A stretch of DNA of 64,000 nucleotides from Eledone cirrhosa. Taxonomy: Eukaryota. The DNA lies in NCBI GenBank assembly GCA_964016885.1, contig OZ024749.1, positions 35,774,001 through 35,838,000 on the forward strand, in the 5' to 3' direction. Below the pieces are notes generated by a model. The model ran no database searches. It was not told the DNA's origin and saw nothing but the letters and a program-made list of their open reading frames with translations. Both the position numbers and the translations under genes were made by a program. Shown one piece after another: positions 35,078 through 48,354 of the stretch (position 1 is its first letter; each line of letters starts with the position of its first letter).

Positions 35078-36450
35078 TTAACTCAGATTCAGGGGCCCCA
35101 TTGTGGCACCCTGAATCTCCCTGAGAACTATGTTCAGGGTACACAAACTACTGACATTATAACACAAGATGGACTGCCATATATCATTGTGTCATGCTGA
35201 ATCTCCCTAACAACCAAATTAAAGGAAGACAGGTCTGTGGAATGCTCAGACACTTCCATGTTAATTTCATTTACAAGCTGTCGCAGTGTTCAAATCTCTG
35301 GATCCCATATTTAGGTTTAAATGTCTTTCAAGTGTTTTTAAATGTAGTTATTATACAGTTCACTCATAAAAGTCCTCATCATTGCTAAAATACATGTTTA
35401 CAGAGCCAAGCTTCTTTTGTTAAGTTATGTTCCAGACATCACTTTGATAATGAGAATGCTAATTATATTATCAAATCTTTCCAAATTGTCGATTATTTTC
35501 AGAATGATTTTAAAAGCATAGGTAATGTCTTTCATTAGAAATATGGCAATGAAAGAGTGAATGTAAGAAATCAATTTCAGACATCTATAGTTAACAATTT
35601 CTGTATAGATTTCTTCAATTTTATTTGTATTTCATTACACATTCAAGTAATTTGAGTCAAGTTTTAAACTATAATTTCTCCTGTAGTCATGTCCAGTTGC
35701 CTCTATTAAAAGATTCTGCACGATTTTATGAGTTCAAAATGTTGCTTAATGGTGCAATTTATCACGTGTTATATATATATATCATGTCACGAATTTCAGT
35801 TAAATCACCAAATATCTTCGTGTGTTAGGCTTTCAAATTCACGCTTGAGATTCTTTACCAAGCAGCATGCTGTTCTTTGGGGAAAAGATAATGATAGTAA
35901 AAAAGCAGCCATCTTTTTTTGTGTTAGAGTATTGATTTTGAAAAAAAGAACAGAAATCGATAGAACCGTTGATGACTGGACGTGAAGAGTTGTGTTGCTT
36001 GTGATTAGGAATGACTCCTTGTTTGGTGTCGAGTTGACAACCAAAGTCTTTTCATATCAGCAAGATTAACCATAAAGACCAGTAAACAATTTCTGATAAA
36101 GTAATATTTTTTTGTTGTTGTTTTTTTGGTGTTATTTCAATCATTGAAAATATTTTAACATTTTCCGTCTTCTTCATTCTTGTTTTTTTTTTTACTTTTT
36201 TTTATCCAACTAAAAAACATAATAAATAGAAATTAAAATAAAATAAAATAGAAATAAAAACTGAATATAAAATAAAAATAGAAACAATGAAAAGAATAAA
36301 AACAGAAAATTTTTTAAATGCTAGTCTCTTTCATATAATTTATTTATTTATTTATTCATTTATTTATTTTGGCTTCTTTTAAAAAAGTTTTCAGGTTTTA
36401 TTTTCGCACCCTTTCAAAGTCTATTCCATTGGTGTATCATTTGTTGTTGT

Positions 36451-36495
<45 letters not shown>

Positions 36496-36732
36496 GAAGG
36501 AGGAGAAGGGGAAGAAAGATTTTTAAGATAGGTGTTTCTAAAATGGTAGTCAACATGATTATTTCCAGTCAGATTTCAAAGAAATAGCTTTCACGATTCT
36601 AGCTGGCGTCTTTCATTTGCAGTGTTCAACTTTGACGATTATGGTTTTTCAATTTAGTGGTTGTCATCGGTTTTGGTTTAGTTTAAGGTTTTTTTTCTTT
36701 TGAAAATGAAGCTCTTCTTTGCCCCTTCCCCA

Positions 36733-36788
<56 letters not shown>

Positions 36789-37070
36789 CAGAGGAAATTC
36801 ACACAGAAAAGCAGTTACGTAAGATAAATAGACAACTGCATGTTTACCTCGTAGGCCACTTGCTAACATGCAACTCCATGTATTAATGTGGTATAGCCCA
36901 TGTAATGTCAGTTTGTGCAGTAGATTGGAGAATCACTACTCTGTTGGAAAGATACGCAACAAAGAAGAGAGATAAAATAAGTCTCAAAAATCTACCATAC
37001 TTCCTGGAGGTCAAAGGTTGTTTATTATTTCTTTTTCAAATTTTTGGTTGTCAAAATTAGAGTGCGTCCT

Positions 37071-37268
37071 AATGAGATGATAGGGACTGGGGTCCTTATC
37101 ATTCCACTGCAAAGTGGTCGTGGAGGTGCCACGGCAAAAAGCACCCAGCACTCACTGTAAATGAGGTTGGTGTTAGGAAGGGCATCCAGCTGTAGAAATC
37201 AAGCCAGAATCAGTTCCCGTCCCACCCTTGCAAGCAGGGAAAAGTGGACGTAAAATGATGATGATGAT
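37071..37268 (+). mobile_element. SINE family A, 5'-truncated
   Basis: Starts at AATGAGATGATAGGGACTGG; complete tail. Confidence 0.9.
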
Positions 37269-37874
37269 ATATATATATATATATATATATATTTGTATAT
37301 TCACATATAAGATTACACAAGGCAGTCACGAGATCCATAAACCATAGTGAAAGCAACCTGTCTAGGAGAGCAGTCACTCTAAATCAAAACTGATATAGAG
37401 TAGTGAGTTTAAATGCCAAAGGGTTAAAGTAATATCTTCTAACTTATTTTCTTATAAAAGCCATATGTTAAGTTACTATCTTAGTCATAAAATAATTGAT
37501 AATTTTAGTAAATCCCTAAAAACAATTTTCGTAAATTTCAATAGAATCTATTTAATTAAAAATAAAGTGATGTTGATGAAACTCGTCATCAATAAGTTTC
37601 AACCCCGCAAAATTGTGAGGTAACATTGATATTAAGACATTGACTAGATGCAAAACATAACAAGCTTAGTGCCCAGTTATAGAATTCAAATGTCTTGCAG
37701 ATGAGGACATTTCTACCAAAACTCAGTGAAATATAAGAATATTTAAGACCAATTGATTCAAACTCTTCAGCTTCTCTATCAGGATTGTGAATTCACATAA
37801 ACACTAGCATGTGTGTATTAATGTATATACACACATATATATTTGTGTATATATGCATCTCTATCTCTCTCCCT

Positions 37875-37954
37875 AATGTTGTTGCTGTTACATTTTTTTA
37901 AGATGCTAAGGCAAAAATATAATCTAAGGCTTTTTATATGTTGAGAGGGAAGCA

Positions 37955-38016
<62 letters not shown>

Positions 38017-38099
38017 AATACATGCTTTCCTCTCAACATATAACAAGACTTAGATTATATTTTCATCTTAATATCCTAAAAATATACAACAGCAACATT
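37875..38099. repeat. Diverged fold-back palindrome centred on (TG)n(TA)n(CA)n
   Basis: ATATGTTGAGAGGGGAAGCATG / CATGCTTTCCTCTCAACATAT plus ~60 further bp per arm. Confidence 0.85.
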
Positions 38100-38670
38100 A
38101 GAGCAACAATGACTATGACAACAACATTATCACAACAATAACCACCACAACAACATTATCACAGCCATAACCACCACAACAACACCAACAACAGTGATGG
38201 TTTTAGTCTTGGTAGTTGGCAACAACAGTTGTTCTGTTGAAATGGCAGTGTTGTGTTGTGTAGAACATCTATTGTTTCGCATGAATGCTACACACATCTT
38301 CTGCTAATAGAAATGTTCAAGGAAGCACAATGAAGATCACGCCAATGTGAATTCTACCACAAATACACCAAGACAAATTCCTCAATGATTTTGTCAAAAA
38401 ATGTGTATACATATCTGTTTATTGGGATTATAGCAAGAAACATGTCTTTATTTTTTGGGTTTTTTTGTTTGGTAGGGGAGTTGTTTCATTACTTTATGAG
38501 CAACAAAAGATGTCACATGTTTTCTGCTGTATTAAGTGGAATTAGATATGAAAGAATTTTGAAACTTCAAGGTTGCAATGAAAATTATTTGAAATGAAAC
38601 TGTTTAGGAATGTGTAATGGAAATTTTGTTGTATTAAATTAAAATCTAGTTGGAAGAAAATGTGTGTGTG

Positions 38671-38703
<33 letters not shown>

Positions 38704-38748
38704 CTGTCAGAATCTTCTGAAACTTTTAGTCTTCACATTTATTATTAT

Positions 38749-38779
<31 letters not shown>

Positions 38780-38786
<7 letters not shown>

Positions 38787-39181
38787 GTTTGTATATGTAT
38801 AATAAAGCCAAAACAATGCAGGTATGGACATAGAATAAAGAATGCAAATGCAAAAGATATTGTTGACAATTAGTCTTTTACCTTAGATTTATTTAAATGT
38901 CCTAAATTTTCGAGATAATATCTCTTCTTCAGAGCGAAGTAAAGCTGTCAAACCAGTGTTCTAAATAGCTTGCCAAGGCATGACTTGGCAAGCTATTTAG
39001 AACACTGGTTTGACAGCTTTACTTCCCTCTGAAGAAGAGATATTATCTCAAAAATTTAGGACATTTAAATAAATCTAAGGTAAAAGACTAATTGTCAACA
39101 ATATCTTTTGCATTTGCATTCTTTATTCTATGTCCATACCTGCATTGTTTTGGCTTTATTATACATATACAAACGTTTATA
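38780..39181. repeat. 402-bp near-perfect, spacerless palindrome with a hammerhead-like motif in each arm
   Basis: Arms pair without indels; only 3 mismatched pairs seen. Arm motif CTGAAGA-A-GAGAT-ATT-ATCTC-GAAAATTT-AGG. Confidence 0.95.
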
Positions 39182-39784
39182 CCTCATTACACAATGCTTC
39201 AAGTGAACTATAACCTCCTCCTCATATATATATATATATGTATATATATATGTAGTTTAAGGAGACAACAAACAGAAGTACAAAATGTCTATTAGTTTCA
39301 TGCTTTATATAGAAAAGGGGAAAGAAAGTTCGACGTGTCAGGCTAAGCTTTTCTTAAGGAGTACAGAATAGAGACAGGATCACAAAGGAGGAACAGAAAT
39401 ATAGGAGGTCCATGTCATCATTATTTTATGTCCAGTTTTCCATACTGACATGGGTTGGATAGGTCTTTGCCAGCACAATATCCCTTCACACATTGCATTA
39501 CTTATATATTGTGCTTTTCATAATTTTTATCAGTGTCTTTTCTGACTGGATACTCTTCCTATCACCAACTACTTTATTGTGTGGGCTGGGTGCATTTATT
39601 GTGCCACCAGAATTAGAAAGGTTATCTGACCAGGCTTAACAGTCCTCACTACTCTGTCTCTGATTTAATTTAGAGTGACTGCTCTCCGAGACAGATTGCT
39701 TTCACTATGGTTTATGGATCTCGTGTCTGTCTTGTGAAGTCTTATATGTGATTATACAAATATATATATATATATATACATATA

Positions 39785-39953
39785 CCATATTTCCTGGTGC
39801 CAAAGACGCTTTGTCCTCGAGGACACACCCTAATTTTCACAACAAAAAATTTGAAAAAAAAATTATAAACAACCTTCGGCCTCCAGGAAGCATGGTAGAA
39901 TTTTGAGACTTATTTTAGGGGAAAAGTAACGTCTTCGATGCCGGGAAATACAG
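39785..39953. mobile_element. TA-type (pogo/Tc2-like) MITE
   Basis: TA-CCATATTTCCTGGTGCCAAAGACG...CGTCTTCGATGCCGGGAAATACAG-TA. Confidence 0.75.
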
Positions 39954-40588
39954 TACTGTAAATAGGAACCCTTTAAAATGGGTTGTATTGTTTTATAGAA
40001 CTAAAGCCAGTTTTGACTGGGTTGGTATCAAAAAGAGTCTAAAATATTGGTGAGCTTTATACCAGAACATTTTCATTACTTTTATAGACATTTTACAGAC
40101 GTTTTAACAGATGTTATAATACGGTTGATGTTGATATTAGTAGTATTGTTATTAACAGTGTCAGACATGATAATAAAGGGTTAAATTCCCATATGATGTA
40201 AAGTATTTTTTGTAATCAAATCTGTCTGTCTGTATGTATGTGAATGAATGTGAATATATTATGTATGTGAATGTATGTAAGTATGTATGCATGCATGTAT
40301 ATATATATATATATGCGTATGTGTATATATATATGCGAGTGTGTATATATATATATATATGCATGTGTGTATATATATATGCGTGTGTGTATATATATAT
40401 GCGTGTGTGTATATATATATATATGTGTGTGTATATATATATATATGTGTGTGTATATATATATATATATGTGTAAGTGTGTATATATATATATGTGTGT
40501 GTGTGTGTGTCTATATATATATATAAATCATATATATACTTCATAAGAACAGAGGAGAAGATATATGTTATGTTATGGAATAAAACTT

Positions 40589-41592
40589 GTTCTTAAAAGT
40601 CTTGCTTATATATTTCTGCTAATATATATATACATACAGACATGTATTTATGTATGCATACTTGTATGTCTATATGTATGTTCTTAAAAGTCTTGCTTAT
40701 ATATTTCTGCTAATATATATATACATACAGACATGTATTTATGTATGCATACTTGTATGTCTATATGTATGTTCTTAAAAGTCTTGCTTATATATTTCTG
40801 CTAATATATATATACATACAGACATGTATTTATGTATGCATACTTGTATGTCTATATGTATGTTCTTAAAAGTCTTGCTTATATATTTCTGCTAATATAT
40901 ATATACATACAGACATGTATTTATGTATGCATACTTGTATGTCTATATGTATGTTCTTAAAAGTCTTGCTTATATATTTCTGCTAATATATATATACATA
41001 CAGACATGTATTTATGTATGCATACTTGTATGTCTATATGTATGTTCTTAAAAGTCTTGCTTATATATTTCTGCTAATATATATATACATACAGACATGT
41101 ATTTATGTATGCATACTTGTATGTCTATATGTATGTTCTTAAAAGTCTTGCTTATATATTTCTGCTAATATATATATACATACAGACATGTATTTATGTA
41201 TGCATACTTGTATGTCTATATGTATGTTCTTAAAAGTCTTGCTTATATATTTCTGCTAATATATATATACATACAGACATGTATTTATGTATGCATACTT
41301 GTATGTCTATATGTATGTTCTTAAAAGTCTTGCTTATATATTTCTGCTAATATATATATACATACAGACATGTATTTATGTATGCATACTTGTATGTCTA
41401 TATGTATGTTCTTAAAAGTCTTGCTTATATATTTCTGCTAATATATATATACATACAGACATGTATTTATGTATGCATACTTGTATGTCTATATGTATGT
41501 TCTTAAAAGTCTTGCTTATATATTTCTGCTAATATATATATACATACAGACATGTATTTATGTATGCATACTTGTATGTCTATATGTATGTT
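40589..41592. repeat. 91-bp tandem repeat, 11 apparently identical copies
   Basis: GTTCTTAAAAGTCTTGC recurs at 40589, 40680, 40771 ... 41499. Confidence 0.95.
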
Positions 41593-42590
41593 TTCATGCA
41601 TCTATGTGTATATATGTATGTAAACATGTATGTGTACATAAAGCAGGGTCCCTAGGAAGTGTACAACCCAATTCAACCCAACTGGAAAATATTTCATGGA
41701 TGCCACCTGCACCCACTAACCTCTCTAGTTTATTTCCCCAATCTACACAGAAAAACGAAGAGAATCTACCAATTACTTATAAAACACCACTTTGTATATT
41801 TCTATGTTTGTTTATTTATAAGTTTTTGCCAATTCTTTAAAACTGACAGCTATAAACATTGTTTATGTAGATCCGATATATAAAAATACACACGCCAGCA
41901 GTGAGGGAGTTCGTTTTATTTTCAGGAGTTTTATTACATAAAGTCATATAATTTTACGATCATTGATTTCAATACATTTCTATACCTGAAATAACAGAGC
42001 AAACTTTACTGTTTTTCTAATACAAATGTTAATAATGTTATTTAGTAGACATATTTATGAGTAAAATATTTGAATAATATCATATGAATAGATCACTGTC
42101 AGTCAAACAAAAGAATGATTAAAAAATTATTAAACATCAGTTTACTAAATAAGGTAATAAAATTAGCCAGTTACATAGATACATTTGGTTAAGCTAAAAA
42201 TATTTTAGTCCTTTTGATATGATACTGCTTAAAATCATTTCTGGTTCTAGGATACAAAGCTGTTTATTTTAAAGCATTCATATACATTGAATCCTCAAGC
42301 ACCACCTCCATCACCATTACTACTACCAACATAATTTTATGTAAGAAAATTTGTTATATTACAATCACCAGTTCAATAATGAGAAAGTACTAAATCGCTT
42401 CATATTCTTCATTATTTTCAAACTTATATGAATATCATAGGCAGTGTTTTTTTCATTAGAGCTATGGTAATGAAAGGTTTAAAGTATTTATGTTTATCTA
42501 GAAACCTTTCATCACAATTTTATGTAAAAATCCTTGTTAAGTTATGTTCCAAATGGTAATTTAATAATGAAAAAGTTAGATATATTACTA

Positions 42591-43779
42591 TTAGTGGGGA
42601 CAGAAAGTTCTCACTATTTTTCAATTTTTTATTGACTTTGGCATTTTTAAACATTAGGAAAATTTTACAAGTCAAAATGATCACCATCATTTGCAATTAC
42701 TATCTGCCATTGTTTAGGAAGACACATGATTCTATCTTTGTAGAATTCTTCTGGCTTTGATGCAAAGAATTCTGTCAGCCACTGACTGAGATGGTCTTCA
42801 TTGGCAAAGAGCATTGCTAATTGAGAGAAAAAGGTGATAGTCTGTAGGCTCAAGGTTAGGCAATACAACAGGTGGAGCAGAACCTCCCAACCTAGCTCCA
42901 GCATGGGCCATACTTGATGTATGCAGCCAAGGAATATCATGAAGGAATTAAACAAGATCATGGTGTGGGTGTACCTGTACAATTTTTGCCACTAATCTGT
43001 CAAGTTTTTGGCATTAGACACCAGAGGTTATGTTAGTGGAAGCTACTCGTAGTGGATGACACCTTCCCAGTCCCACCAGAATCTCAGCAGGGCCTTACAA
43101 GGGTAGAGGACAGCCATTGCTTGCCACACACTTTATAAACCCCTCTTTGAAAATTAATGTAGAGATACCATTTTTCATCACCAGTGACAATGGAACATAA
43201 CCAGTTGGTTGTGTGGTGGTAGGAGAGCAGAGAAGTTGCAACTGCTGCCTGACATACACCATTACGCTCAGTCAGATTGTGGGGCAATTATTGGTCCAGC
43301 TTCGACACCTTCCCTATTTCATGCAACTGCTTGATAATGGTTGTTTTCAATACCCCCAAGTACTTCAGAGAGTTGATGTGATGTCTGATGTGGGTTGGCT
43401 TCCACCAGCTCACACAGTTGCTTGTCATTGAAGTCAGATTGACATCTTGCTTGAGGTCAATCTTAAAGGCTGTTATCACTGGAATGGAAGCATGCAAACC
43501 AGTCCCTGATACTGCATTCAGACATTGTGTGTAACCCAAATGCATTGTTAATGCAACAAATCAATGCTGCTGTGTTTAGGTCAGATTTGAAGTCATAAAG
43601 TAAACAGCCACAAATAAACAATTTGGATAGATCCATGGTGCTTCTCCTTTGATGGCATAACAGAAAATCAGAAATGCACATAATACATACCAACATCACA
43701 TGTACAACTTTCAACATTTCCTGAAAATTACCAAAATACCCCCTTTTGAAAAATGGTGGTAACTTTCTGTTCAAAACAA
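42591..43779 (-). mobile_element. Decayed full-length mariner transposon, TA TSD, nested in MITE family 1
   Basis: Imperfect TIRs TTAGTGGGGACAGAAAGTTCTCACTATTTTT / AAAAATGGTGGTAACTTTCTGTTCAAAACAA; ~1.2 kb. Confidence 0.85.
42665..43636 (-). pseudogene. Mariner transposase pseudogene
   Basis: Fragments CLLYDFK..INNAFG..IRDWFACF (HTH), IVTGDEKWYLY, ELGWEVLLH, FFASKPEEFYKDRIMCLPKQWQIVIANDGDHF; multiple frameshifts. Confidence 0.85.
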
Positions 43780-44036
43780 TATATCCCTAAAATTCCTTTA
43801 TATTATCCAGTGACCATTACTTCCCCCTTTTAAACCTGTCAGGACTCTTTCATTGGAATTTAGGCATGTTTGCATGTGTGTATGTAAGTGTATGTGTGTA
43901 TGTGTATGTCTATAGATGGATGGATATGTTTATGTATGTATATATGTGTGCATGTGTATGTATATCTCTGCTTATATGTATGTCTATATGTCTGTATGTA
44001 TGTACTTATGAACATATGTATATATGTGTATGTATG

Positions 44037-44105
<69 letters not shown>

Positions 44106-44335
44106 ATGTATGCAAGTTACTATTGTAACAGTATTTTTTTGCTTGAGTCAGTTGTAACCATTCTTGTGAAAACAAACATATTTTACAATTGGTCAACATG
44201 GGCAGTTTCAAGTCGGTAGAATTGGTAATGCTTAGCTACCAGTTCTACACCATGATATACAGTATACACATGCACACATAGATACACACATATATGCATA
44301 CATACACACATACATAAATACATACATACATATAT

Positions 44336-44648
44336 GATGGCTGCCCCCTTATTATCGAGTATGGCCATTGCACGATATACCATTATTAATAATTATTAAT
44401 TAATTCTATCGTGCAATGCCTGTACGTGAAGATATTTTTTAAAGTGAGGAAAGACTGTGCACTGAGCCAATCCCACTCTCTGAGCGACAGTAGCTATAAC
44501 CCTAAAAGAAGAAAAGATCAACATCATCGGTAACTAGTGAGCTGCAGGTTTTATATCGGAGTTATCCCAGTTTCCTGAGTTGCCTTCTCCTAGAAGAATG
44601 CCCTGTTAAAGGCTAGGGGTCCTTCACTCCCAGTGGTTTTACCAGTTT
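44336..44648 (+). mobile_element. RTE-5'UTR-like repeat, diverged relative of the 1966 and 10552 copies
   Basis: ATGATGGCTGCC...TCGAGTATGGCCA, CCCACTCTCT, AAAGAAGAA, TGCAGGT.TTATATC.GAGTT, CCTTCTCCTAGAA are colinear. Confidence 0.55.
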
Positions 44649-45031
44649 AACATACATATATACATACATACATACATTTTTATGTATGTATATATATATA
44701 TATGTGAGTGTATGTGTGTATATATAGTAGATAAAAATACGTGTGTGTATATATAATCTATTTTTTCATGTTTCCATTAATTTACTGCAGTTAATTTACA
44801 TTTTAACACTAAATTAATGAAAGAATGTGAAAAAATTGTATATTTATATCAATATATATATGTCAATATATATATGTCAATATATATATGTCAATATATA
44901 TATATATATATATATATACACGTATGTATGTGTATATATATTTTAGAGAGAGAGGGGGATATGCAAAATCTCAACCACGCCTTCAAGAAGTTTCGACTTA
45001 TATATGTATGCATGTAACCATATATGTGTAT

Positions 45032-47691
45032 ATCATCATCATCATCAGGTTTAGCATCCGTGTTCCACGCTTGCATGGGTTTGGACGGGGGTTTTCCCAC
45101 TTGAGGCAAGAGTGGTTGTCTTGCTCGCATAGGACTGTCTGGCGGGTTTTCTACAGTTGGATGCCCTTCCTAACACCAACCACATTTACAGTGTGGGGCT
45201 GGGAGGTTTTTACCGTGTTGCCTACACGGCCACATTACAGCGTGGACTGTCTGGCGGGTTTTCTACAGCTGGATGCCCTTCCTAACACCAACCACATTTA
45301 CAGTGTGGGGCTGGGAGGTTTTTACCGTGTTGCCTACACGGCCACATTTACAGCGTGGACTGTGTGTTTTTTGTCGTGACACCTACACGATCTCATTTGT
45401 TTCGGCCTGGATGTTGTGGGACCAACATAACTTTACATTGAAAGGGGCGGTGTGGGTGGGGTGGAGGTGGTGGGACGGGGGTGTGTTTTGATAGAGATGC
45501 CTACTGACTGTAGTAGGTTTTTACTTTGTATTTAGGTAAGGCGGGTCTTCTCTATTACTGAGTACCGCCAAAGGTCTCGGTCCAGTGACATTGTCTTGGA
45601 GAGGTGTAAGCGTGTGAGGTCGGAATTTATCAGCTCGTCCCATGTTTTTCTGGGTCTGCCTACTCCGTGGCTACCGTCTATCTTTATTGCCCTGCACTTT
45701 GTTATACAGCTGTCATCTTTCATGCGCATCACGTGACCGTACCAACGTAGCCTTCTCTCGAGTAAACAACATCTGATCCCTCTTATTTCTAATTTTTTCC
45801 TTAGTTCGTTTATGCTTTGCCGTTCACGTATATTACTATTGCACATCCAGCAGAGCATGCAAGCTTCGTTCCTCTCTAGTCTGCGTATATCCTCTGCACA
45901 CAATGCCCAGGTCTCACTGCCATGCAGCATTGCTGTTCGTATGCAGGCATCGTATAACCTGCCTTTCATTTTTAGGGAGAACCCTCTAGCGGCTAATAGT
46001 GGTATAAGCTCTCTGAACTTTTTCCATCCAGTTCTGACTCTAGCTACTGTACTTTCAGAGCACCCTCCCCCACTGCTGATTTTGTCACCCAGATAACGGA
46101 AGCTGTCCACTATTTCTATAGAACCCTCTGCGCAGTTGAAGGAGCTAGTATTTTGTGGGCACTTGCTGCTACTTATTGCACCAGAGCACCGGCCACATGT
46201 AAAATCTATGTTCTTAGTTAGCTTACCTGTGATCCCACTACATCTTTTATGCACCCATACTTTGCATTTGGGACATAAAATGGAGTTTCTACCTACGCCT
46301 TTCCTACACACTGAGCATGGCCATTTCCCCGATGGGACCGCCGCCTTATTTTCTTTCCTACGAACTAGAACTTTAGTCTTAGCCAGGTTAATTTTAAGGC
46401 CTTTTGATTCTAGGCCGTGCTTCCACGTTTGGAATTTCTTCTCTAGTTCGGTCATTGATTCAGCTATGAGCGTTAGATCATCTGCGTATAGGAGTTCCCA
46501 TGGGCAGCCGGTCTTGAACTCCTCTGTTATAGCCTGAAGAGCAATAATAAATAGTAGGGGGCTAAGAACAGAGCCCTGATGGACACCAACTTTTACGCTA
46601 AACTCTTCACTATATTCGTTGTTAATTCTAACCTTACTGACTGTTTCTTTATACATGGCTTGTATAGCTCTCACAAGCCATTCGTCAACACCTAGTTTTC
46701 TAAGAGACCACCAGATAATGGAACGGGGGACTCTGTCGAAGGCTTTCTCCAAGTCGACGAAAGCTAAGTATAGGGGTTTACTTTTAGCTAGGTACTTCTC
46801 CTGTAGTTGTCGTACAATGAAAAGAGCGTCTGTGGTACTTTTGCCTGACACAAATCCGAACTGCATTTCATCTAGATCAATTCTCTCTCTGATTAGTTGC
46901 GCTATTACTTTTTCCGTGACCTTCATGACCTGGTCGATTAATTTAATGCCTCTATAGTTACTCCTATCTAGGGCATCTCCTTTTCCCTTATAGCAGTTAA
47001 CGATGATGCTGCTACGCCATTCCTTCGGAACAACCCCATTCTGTACGACTTGGTTAACTATCCGGGTGACCATGGTGTGTCCCACCGAACCAGATGCCTT
47101 CAGCATCTCAGCAACTATTTCCGAAGGCCCAGCCGCCTTACCCGTCTTCATATCTTTGATTGCCTTACTTATTATACTACCTTCAACTAACACTGCTGGT
47201 CCCTCTATTGGATCGATCTGGGGGAGACTGTCTTTCTCCCATTTGTTCTCCTCATTTAGAAGCCTTTCGTAGTGACACTTCCAAGCTACCTTCTTATCAG
47301 CGTCAGTGATGGCAAGTATGCCATCATCGTTAAGTACACACTTCTCCCCGACAATATCACGGTTTTCCTTGACACATTGCCTGGCAATCCTGAACACCTC
47401 ACGTTTTTGGTCCTCACGTTGTAGAACATGCTTGAACTTTCTTTCCTCTGCTTCCCTTCTTGCGAAGTACACTTGTCTCCTAGCTTCCCTCCTGGCCACT
47501 TGATAGTCTTCTCTACTTCCCCCATCCCGCCATACTTTCCAAGCCTGCTTTTTGGCCTTAATTGACTCCTCCACCTTACTGTTCCACCACCATGTTACTC
47601 TCCTCCTACCTACAGGCCTGCTCCAGCCACAGACTTCGTCTGCCGCCGTCAGCAGGTTTGCTCTCAGGAATTCCCACTGTTCCTCTATATT
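45032..47691 (-). mobile_element. RTE-clade LINE, 5'-truncated (copy 2, same family as 13103-16060)
   Basis: Colinear with copy 1; (GAT)n tail; 112-bp tandem duplication in the 3' UTR. Confidence 0.95.
45532..47691 (-). CDS. LINE ORF2 fragment (reverse transcriptase + PHD-like finger), uninterrupted
   Basis: NIEEQWEFL...FVDLEKAFD...[10 protein letters not shown]...YADD...FRYLG...RWYGHV. The ORF-track N-terminus beyond 47691 is microsatellite. Confidence 0.93.
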   Translation of the reverse strand, partial: NIEEQWEFLRANLLTAADEVCGWSRPVGRRRVTWWWNSKVEESIKAKKQAWKVWRDGGSREDYQVARREARRQVYFARREAEERKFKHVLQREDQKREVFRIARQCVKENRDIVGEKCVLNDDGILAITDADKKVAWKCHYERLLNEENKWEKDSLPQIDPIEGPAVLVEGSIISKAIKDMKTGKAAGPSEIVAEMLKASGSVGHTMVTRIVNQVVQNGVVPKEWRSSIIVNCYKGKGDALDRSNYRGIKLIDQVMKVTEKVIAQLIRERIDLDEMQFGFVSGKSTTDALFIVRQLQEKYLAKSKPLYLAFVDLEKAFDRVPRSIIWWSLRKLGVDEWLVRAIQAMYKETVSKVRINNEYSEEFSVKVGVHQGSVLSPLLFIIALQAITEEFKTGCPWELLYADDLTLIAESMTELEKKFQTWKHGLESKGLKINLAKTKVLVRRKENKAAVPSGKWPCSVCRKGVGRNSILCPKCKVWVHKRCSGITGKLTKNIDFTCGRCSGAISSSKCPQNTSSFNCAEGSIEIVDSFRYLGDKISSGGGCSESTVARVRTGWKKFRELIPLLAARGFSLKMKGRLYDACIRTAMLHGSETWALCAEDIRRLERNEACMLCWMCNSNIRERQSINELRKKLEIRGIRCCLLERRLRWYGHVMRMKDDSCITKCRAIKIDGSHGVGRPRKTWDELINSDLTRLHLSKTMSLDRDLWRYSVIEKTRLT

Positions 47692-47804
47692 ATATGTATA
47701 TGTATCTATGTATATATATATATACATACATATATATATATACATAGATACATATACATATATACATACATATATATACATATATATACATATATATACA
47801 AACA

Positions 47805-47850
<46 letters not shown>

Positions 47851-47937
47851 CATATATATATACATACATATATATATACATATGTATATATATAATGATG
47901 TATATATATAAATATATATATATGTATGATGATGATG

Positions 47938-47969
<32 letters not shown>

Positions 47970-48179
47970 TATATGTATGTGTGTATATACATATATATAT
48001 TTATATATATGTATATATATATATATGTATATATATATGTATATATATGTATATATATGTATGTATATATATATATGTATATGTATCTATGTATATATAT
48101 ATATATGTACATATATGTATGTATATATATATATGTACATATATACATATGTATATATATATGTATGTATATATATATG

Positions 48180-48225
<46 letters not shown>

Positions 48226-48354
48226 TGTTTGTATATATATGTATATATATATGTATATATATGTATGTATATATGTATATGTATCTATGTATATATATAT
48301 ATGTGTGTGTTTGTGAAGTGCATGTATATATATGTTTGTGAGTGTATATATAAG

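Noticed and set aside
47692-47970. N-terminal extension of the 812-aa ORF
   Set aside because: Microsatellite fortuitously in frame with the truncated LINE.
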